From NCBI GenBank assembly GCA_963758525.1, contig CAVWVQ010000003.1, forward strand, positions 3,680,001 through 3,744,000: a stretch of DNA of 64,000 bases. The letters are read 5' to 3'. Source of the stretch: an uncultured Phycisphaerales bacterium (GTDB lineage Bacteria > Planctomycetota > Phycisphaerae > Tepidisphaerales > Tepidisphaeraceae). The translations under genes and the position numbers were made by a program. The notes beneath the pieces are model-generated. The model was not told the origin of the DNA and did no database searches. It saw only the letters and a program-made list of their open reading frames with translations. Positions 58,089 to 64,000 of this stretch are shown here, piece after piece. Position 1 is the stretch's first letter. Each line of letters opens with the position of its first letter.

Positions 58089-61000
58089 CGAATCTTTCCG
58101 ATCCCTTCGTTCGTCGCCCGGCGATGACGACGCTGCTGACGGTGTCGGCGATCCTGTTCGGCGTCATCGCGTATCGATCGCTGCCGGTCAACGATCTGCC
58201 GGCGGTCGACTATCCCGTGATCCAGGTGCAGGTGGCGTATCCCGGCGCCAGCCCTGACACGATGGCGAATAATGTCGCCACGCCGTTGGAACGGCAGTTC
58301 ATGCAGATCCCCGGCCTGGACATCGTTACGTCCAAGAGCCAGCAGGGAAATTGCAGCATTACCTTGCAATTCGCGCTGAGCAAGAGTCTCGACGCTGCTG
58401 CGACTGACGTGCAGACGGCCATTTCGCAGGCGAGCGGAAGTTTGCCCGTCGACCTCCCGTCGCCGCCGACGCTCGCAAAGACCAATCCGAACGATCAGCC
58501 GATTCTGTATGTGGCGCTCACCAGCGACACGGTCACCGCCGCAAAGGTGTATGACTACGCGAGCACGCAGGTGGGACAGCGGATCAGTATTCTGCAGGGC
58601 GTCAGCCGCGTGGTGGTCTACGGCACCAAGGGAGCCATCCGCATCAAGGCCAATCCCTCTGCGATGGCGATTCGCGGCATTGCGATCGACGAATTGGCCG
58701 CCGCCATTCAGGCCGGAACGAGCTATCAGGGCGCTGGCCAGTTCGATGGCCCGGACCGAACACTGCTCCTGCAGCCTCACGGCCAGCTCGACACTGCGGA
58801 GCAGTACGACAACCTGGTTGTCGCGTGGCGGAACAATGCTCCGGTGTATCTGAAGGACGTTGCGGAGGCGAAGGACTCCATCCAGGACGAGCGCATCAAC
58901 ATGCGATTCTGGGCGCGCGGGCACACCACGCCGACCGCGACGGTCGTCGTCGCTGTCTTCCGCCAGGCAGGCGCGAACGCCGTCGAAGTTTCCAAAGAGG
59001 CGCGGGAACTGCTTCCCATCGTCCGCAAAGAACTGCCTCAATCCGTTGAGATCACGCCAATCTACGATCGCTCGGTCTCCATCGTGAATTCGGTGCAGGA
59101 TGTGAAGCTGACGCTCATCATCGCCTTCGTGCTGGTGGTGATGGTGATCTATCTGTTCCTCGGGCGAGCCAAGGACACGCTGATTCCGGTGGTGGCGCTG
59201 CCGCTGTCGTTGCTCCTGACGTTCGTCGTCATGTGGGTTCTGGGTTACAGCCTCGACAATCTCTCTTTGATGGCGATGACGCTGGCGATCGGCTTCCTCG
59301 TCGATGACGCCATCGTCTTCCTGGAAAACACTGTGCGCCGGATGGAGCAGTACGGCGAGAGCCCGCTCACGGCGACGTTGCACGGCGCATCGGAAATCAG
59401 CTTCACGATCCTGGCGATGACCATTTCGCTGGCGGCGGTGTTCCTGCCGCTGGTGCTGATGAGCGGCCTGGTCGGACGCATCTTCCGCGAGTTCGCGGTC
59501 TGCATTATCGTCGCGATTTTCGCATCGGGCATTGTCTCGCTGACACTGACGCCCCTGATGTGCTCACGCCTGCTCGATGAACGCAAGAAGGGCCACAAGA
59601 AAACCGTCATCGAGCGCGTGGTTGGCGGCATCGAGCATCGCGTGCTCGACTGGTATGGCCGATCGCTCACGTTCTTCCTGCATCTGCGCGTCCTCTCGCT
59701 TGCCATCTGGCTGATCTGTCTTGCGGGCACGATTCTTCTGCTCGTGCAAATCCCCAAATCGTTCCTTCCCGTCGGCGACAGCGGATTCATCTGGGGCGCG
59801 TTCATCGCTCAGGACAGCTCGTCGCCCCAGCAGATGCGCCAGTATCAGCTTCAGTCGGAGAAAATCCTCCAGACCAATCCGAACGTCGGGATGACGTTCA
59901 CGATGACCGGCAACGGACAGTTCATCAATTCGAATATGGGAATCGTGCTGGCGTTCCTGAAGGATCGCAAGGAGCGCGAGCCGATCCAGGCGGTCGTCGG
60001 AGAGCTCGGCGGCGGTCTGTTTGGCACCGTGCCGGGAATCATTCCATTCCTGCGTCCCTTCCCGGTGTTGGAGATCAGCACGGGCGCGACCAATCAGAAT
60101 CAAGGGCAGTACGCCTACGCCCTTTCCGGCGTGAATCCGCAAGAAGTCTACGACGTTGCGGAAAAGCTCCTGGCAAAGATGCGCACCTATGACGGCTTCG
60201 TTCAGCCGGTCACTTCCGACTACTTCGCCAACACCCCGAACCTCGACGTGGACATCCTTCGCGACAAGGCGGCAACCTACAACGTGTCGGTTGCGAGGAT
60301 CGAAAACCTGCTGCGAAATGCCTATTCGCAGAATTACCTGTATCTGATCAAGAAGCCGACGGACCAGTACCAGGTGATTCTGGAGTGTGCCGACTCGGAC
60401 CGCGCGCTGCCGGAGAACCTGAGCTTGCTCTATGTCCGCTCGGACGATGGAAAAAATCTCGTCCCGCTGAATGCGGTTGTGAAGTGGCATCAGTCTCTTG
60501 GGCTGCAGACGGTCAACCATCTGAACCAGTTCACGGCAGTGACGATTTCGTTCAACCTCAAGCCGGGCGCGTCGATCGGCGAAGCGACCAAATTCATCGA
60601 GAACGCGGCGAAAGAGGTCGTGCCGGTCACCATCCGCGGCAGCCTGCAGGGAGAGGCTCAGACCTTCAGCGAGACGATTAATACCCTCGTCATTCTCATG
60701 ATCCTCGCCGTCTTCGTCATGTACGTGATCCTCGGCATCCTCTACGAGAGCTACGTGCATCCGCTCACGGTGCTTTCATCATTGCCAGTGGCGCTGGTCG
60801 GGGGATTGGCGACGCTGGCGCTCTTCGGGCAGGAGGCCTCCCTCTACGCGTTCGTCGGCATGTTCATGCTGATGGGGATCGTGAAGAAAAACGGAATCAT
60901 GATCGTCGACTTCGCGCTGCAGCGCGTCGCGCGTGGGGACTCGGCCGAGAAGGCGATTCATGACGCGAGCATGGACCGCTTCCGTCCGATCATCATGACC

Positions 61001-61315
61001 ACGCTGGCTGCCTTGATGGGCGCCCTGCCGCTGGCGCTGGGCATTGGCAACGACGCCGATTCGCGCCGGCCGCTGGGATTGGTCATCGTCGGCGGCTTGA
61101 TCGTCTCGCAGTTCATCACGCTGTACATCACGCCGGTGATTTATCTGTGTCTTGAAGACTTCCAGGAGAAGGTGCTCGATCGCACCTCGTTCTTCCGTTC
61201 CACGCGCATCATTCACGGCCACGACGAAACGGTGACTCCAAAGTTCCCCCTTGGCCAGGACGGCAACGGCAACGGCGGCCATGCGGCAGGGACGCCGGAG
61301 CCGGCGATGGGATAG
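58085..61315 (+). CDS. RND efflux permease (MdtB/C-like)
   Basis: FVRRP, GFLVDDAIV, GIVKKNGI, RFRPIIMTT. Confidence 0.93.
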   Translation: MTNLSDPFVRRPAMTTLLTVSAILFGVIAYRSLPVNDLPAVDYPVIQVQVAYPGASPDTMANNVATPLERQFMQIPGLDIVTSKSQQGNCSITLQFALSKSLDAAATDVQTAISQASGSLPVDLPSPPTLAKTNPNDQPILYVALTSDTVTAAKVYDYASTQVGQRISILQGVSRVVVYGTKGAIRIKANPSAMAIRGIAIDELAAAIQAGTSYQGAGQFDGPDRTLLLQPHGQLDTAEQYDNLVVAWRNNAPVYLKDVAEAKDSIQDERINMRFWARGHTTPTATVVVAVFRQAGANAVEVSKEARELLPIVRKELPQSVEITPIYDRSVSIVNSVQDVKLTLIIAFVLVVMVIYLFLGRAKDTLIPVVALPLSLLLTFVVMWVLGYSLDNLSLMAMTLAIGFLVDDAIVFLENTVRRMEQYGESPLTATLHGASEISFTILAMTISLAAVFLPLVLMSGLVGRIFREFAVCIIVAIFASGIVSLTLTPLMCSRLLDERKKGHKKTVIERVVGGIEHRVLDWYGRSLTFFLHLRVLSLAIWLICLAGTILLLVQIPKSFLPVGDSGFIWGAFIAQDSSSPQQMRQYQLQSEKILQTNPNVGMTFTMTGNGQFINSNMGIVLAFLKDRKEREPIQAVVGELGGGLFGTVPGIIPFLRPFPVLEISTGATNQNQGQYAYALSGVNPQEVYDVAEKLLAKMRTYDGFVQPVTSDYFANTPNLDVDILRDKAATYNVSVARIENLLRNAYSQNYLYLIKKPTDQYQVILECADSDRALPENLSLLYVRSDDGKNLVPLNAVVKWHQSLGLQTVNHLNQFTAVTISFNLKPGASIGEATKFIENAAKEVVPVTIRGSLQGEAQTFSETINTLVILMILAVFVMYVILGILYESYVHPLTVLSSLPVALVGGLATLALFGQEASLYAFVGMFMLMGIVKKNGIMIVDFALQRVARGDSAEKAIHDASMDRFRPIIMTTLAALMGALPLALGIGNDADSRRPLGLVIVGGLIVSQFITLYITPVIYLCLEDFQEKVLDRTSFFRSTRIIHGHDETVTPKFPLGQDGNGNGGHAAGTPEPAMG

Positions 61316-61320
61316 GCTTA

Positions 61321-61390
61321 AAATCCGAACGACGAAACCCGAAACCAGAATCAAATTTGATTCTGGTTTCTGGTTTCGTCATTCTGATTT
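61321..61390. terminator. Long palindrome between convergent genes
   Basis: Perfect 30-bp palindrome GAAACCAGAATCAAATTTGATTCTGGTTTC (61341-61370) with imperfect extensions. Confidence 0.6.
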
Positions 61391-62902
61391 TGACACAAAC
61401 GCCCGAACGTCCTCCCCCAGCTTCGTCAGCGACGTTCGCTTGTGATACAGCATGTGCCCCCCCTCATAGAAGTTGTGGATGATATGTTTCCGCAGTTCCG
61501 GGCTGAGCTGCATGTGGTCGATGCTGTAGTTTGCGGCGGCGAAGGGCGTCGCCAGGTCGAAGTAACCGCTGGCGAACATCACGCGCAGGTTGGGGTTGTC
61601 GGTCATCGCGCTGGCGAGCGTGCGCGAAACATCGAGATAACCGTTTCCGGCCTGTCCCATGTTCCATGGCTGGACTTTGCCGGTGAGCACTTCGTAGGTG
61701 AGATCATTCTCATACTTGAGGGTTTGCCGCACGTAGTTATTAAACGTCGCGGTGTAGGCGGAGAGATACGGCTGAAAGCTCGGATCGAAGGTGGCAGAGT
61801 TGTCCAATGGCTCGGCATTGAAGCCGGTGAGACGGCCGTCAAATCGCCCGATGACCTGCCGCTGATCGGCGAGCAGCGCTCCTTCGAAACGATCGGGCCG
61901 GATGCGCAAATCCGCTTTTTCGACGAAGTCGAGCGGAAGCCCGGTGAACCGCGCCAACGTGGTGTTGATCGCGCTCCGCTGGTCGGCGGAGAGCGCGGCG
62001 TTGCGGGCCAGCGCCGGGCCATAGGTTTCGATTGACCACTGCGTTGCCTGGGCGATGGTTTTCTGCAGATCCGCCTGCAGATCGGGGGCGAGCTTGTGGT
62101 GATACCACGCCACGGCCGCGTAACTCGGCAGATAGAGTTGATAAGGCAGGTCATTCCCCGGCCCGGACTCGATCGTCGCGAAGTTCAGTACCGACGAAAT
62201 CAGGATGATTCCATTGAGCCCGATTCCATCCGCCTGCTGCAGGTAGTCGGACAGACCGGCCGCGCGGGTGGTGCCATAGCTTTCACCGGCCAGATATTTG
62301 GGGGAGAGCCAGCGCTGGTAGCGGGTGGTGTACAGCCGGATGAATTCCGCCACCCAGTGAATGTCTTCGTTGACACCGAAAAATTGTTCTGGCTTCTCCC
62401 CCTGCGCCGGGCGGCTGTAACCGGTGCCGACGGGATCGATAAAAACAAGGTCGCTGGCGGCAAGCCAGGTGTCGGGGTTTTCTTCAAGATGATAGGGCAG
62501 GAGCGGCAAGTCGCTGGTTTCGTCGAGCGCCACGCGTTGCGGCCCGACCGCGCCCAGATGCAGCCAAACGGAAGCCGAGCCGGGCCCGCCATTGAAGAGA
62601 AACGTGATGGGTCGCTTGGAAGCGTCTTCGCCGGCGGGGAGTCGCTCGTACGCCACGAAAAAGAAATCGGCCTTCGGTTTGTCGGCGTCGTCATGCACGC
62701 CAATGCGCCCGGCAGTAGCGCGATACTTCAGGGGCTTTCCGTCGATGGTGATCTGGCCTTCACTGACCGACAGCTTTTCAGGACCGCCTGGTCCCGAGAG
62801 CGCCGCTCCAGGCTGGGTCGCCGGCGCCGATGTCGGCGCTTGAGCAAGGACGAGAGATGGAATCAGTGCGATGAATGCAACGCAGGAGAAAACAATGCGC
62901 AT
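61379..62902 (-). CDS. Serine carboxypeptidase, family S10
   Basis: Signal peptide, FNGGPGSAS, IDPVGTGYS, GESYG, DLATP, GGHMLY. Confidence 0.9.
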   Translation of the reverse strand: MRIVFSCVAFIALIPSLVLAQAPTSAPATQPGAALSGPGGPEKLSVSEGQITIDGKPLKYRATAGRIGVHDDADKPKADFFFVAYERLPAGEDASKRPITFLFNGGPGSASVWLHLGAVGPQRVALDETSDLPLLPYHLEENPDTWLAASDLVFIDPVGTGYSRPAQGEKPEQFFGVNEDIHWVAEFIRLYTTRYQRWLSPKYLAGESYGTTRAAGLSDYLQQADGIGLNGIILISSVLNFATIESGPGNDLPYQLYLPSYAAVAWYHHKLAPDLQADLQKTIAQATQWSIETYGPALARNAALSADQRSAINTTLARFTGLPLDFVEKADLRIRPDRFEGALLADQRQVIGRFDGRLTGFNAEPLDNSATFDPSFQPYLSAYTATFNNYVRQTLKYENDLTYEVLTGKVQPWNMGQAGNGYLDVSRTLASAMTDNPNLRVMFASGYFDLATPFAAANYSIDHMQLSPELRKHIIHNFYEGGHMLYHKRTSLTKLGEDVRAFVSKSE

Positions 62903-63009
62903 GGCGAGATGATAGCGCCGCTGCGCGCAGCCGTCCAAGCCGTGAATGAGCATCGCATAAGAACCGCGAAGAGGCCGGGACTGGAAGAAGGCATTGCGGA
63001 TCTTGCGAT

Positions 63010-63079
63010 CGTAGGGCGGGATTCATCCCGCCGTTTTCCCGGCCGGCCAACAAATCGGCGGGATGAATCCCGCCCTACG
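63010..63079. repeat. GTAG-type REP doublet (family A)
   Basis: Perfect 24-bp arms CGTAGGGCGGGATTCATCCCGCCG. Confidence 0.9.
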
Positions 63080-63193
63080 CGGAGCCGATCGCCGCTTTCG
63101 AGCGTCACACTCTCATTGTGAGTCAAACCGGGATGCTTGCCGGGCGTAGCGCGCTGTCGAATAATGGCTGGCTTCATACCTTGGAGAAACTCG

Positions 63194-64000
63194 ATGCCTG
63201 AGCAATTTCGGACGGAAAAGGATTCGATGGGGGAGATGAAGGTGCCGGCAGGCGTGTATTACGGCGCGCAGACCGCCAGGGCGGCGGAGAATTTCCCGAT
63301 CTCGAATTTGCGATTCGGGCGGCAGTTCATTGCCGCCATGGGCCTGATCAAGGCGTCGTGTGCCAGAGTGAATCGGCAATTGGGTTTGCTCGACGAGCGC
63401 CGGCTGGAGCTGATTCTCAAATCGTCGCAGGACGTGATCGACGGGCGTCTGGACTCGCACTTTGTCGTCGATATTTTCCAGACCGGCTCGGGCACGTCGA
63501 CGAACATGAACACCAATGAGGTGATCGCCAGCCGCGCCAATGAAATTGCCACCGGCAGTCGCGGGGGCAAGGAGCCGGTCCATCCCAACGATCACGTCAA
63601 CATGGAGCAAAGCTCCAACGACGTTATTCCCACCGCGATGCACGTTTCGGCAGCGGTTGCGATCAAGCAGGCGCTCGTCCCGGCGCTGAGCCATCTGGCA
63701 GAGGTGCTTGGGCAAAAGGCCGATCAGTTTGACGACATCGTGAAAATCGGGCGCACGCACCTTCAGGATGCCACGCCCGTGCGCGTGGGGCAGGAACTGG
63801 GCGGATACGCGGCCCAGGCTCGACTTTCGGTGGATCGCGCAAAAGGGCCCTGCACGCGTTGCTCGAATTGCCGCTGGGAGGAACCGCCGTTGGCACCGGG
63901 ATTAACTCCCATCCCGATTTCGCGAAGCGGGCCATTGCATTGATTGCGGACGCGACGGGCATCGCGTTTGTCGAAGCACACAATCATTTCGAGGCGCAGG
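63194..64000 (+). CDS. fumC: Class II fumarate hydratase (3'-truncated, frameshift ~63846)
   Basis: [56 protein letters not shown] in shifted frame. Confidence 0.9.

Noticed and set aside
57572..60760. Long minus-strand ORFs
   Set aside because: Antisense to the RND efflux genes

Overview
GC-rich bacterial DNA whose gene content (DUF4159/prenyltransferase-repeat proteins, membrane proteins with CxxCGxDLR zinc ribbons, Ser/Thr kinase) suggests Planctomycetota, probably Phycisphaerae; this is an inference. About 17 single-base frameshifts, including one in aspS, point to long-read consensus errors rather than pseudogenes. In order: 3' end of xerD; a rhombosortase plus a VIT-vWA protein with a GlyGly-CTERM-like tail, divergent from a sigma-54 activator, with a -24/-12 promoter; a Hen1 / two Pol-beta (RlaP-like) nucleotidyltransferases / Pnkp RNA-repair operon bracketed by two toxin-antitoxin pairs; a ~27.6-kb aryl-polyene-like type II FAS/PKS cluster (13.2-40.8 kb) with 3 KS, 2 chain-length-factor-like proteins, 3 ACPs, flavin halogenase, HxxxD acyltransferase, acyl-CoA ligase, MIO ammonia-lyase, a non-canonical radical SAM/SPASM-dehydratase fusion, two FAD oxidoreductases, GT2, MMPL, LolA-like protein, acyltransferases and a methyltransferase; then aspS, GH113, eutB without eutC, a kinase, two DUF4159 paralogs, HAD, TetR-RND efflux, S10 peptidase and the 5' part of fumC. 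The window is rich in short palindromic repeats of at least six REP-like families plus heptamer hairpins. Several sit in frame inside biosynthetic genes, and one is nested in an ISAs1-like MITE with a target-site duplication. No rRNA, tRNA, CRISPR array or transposase was seen.
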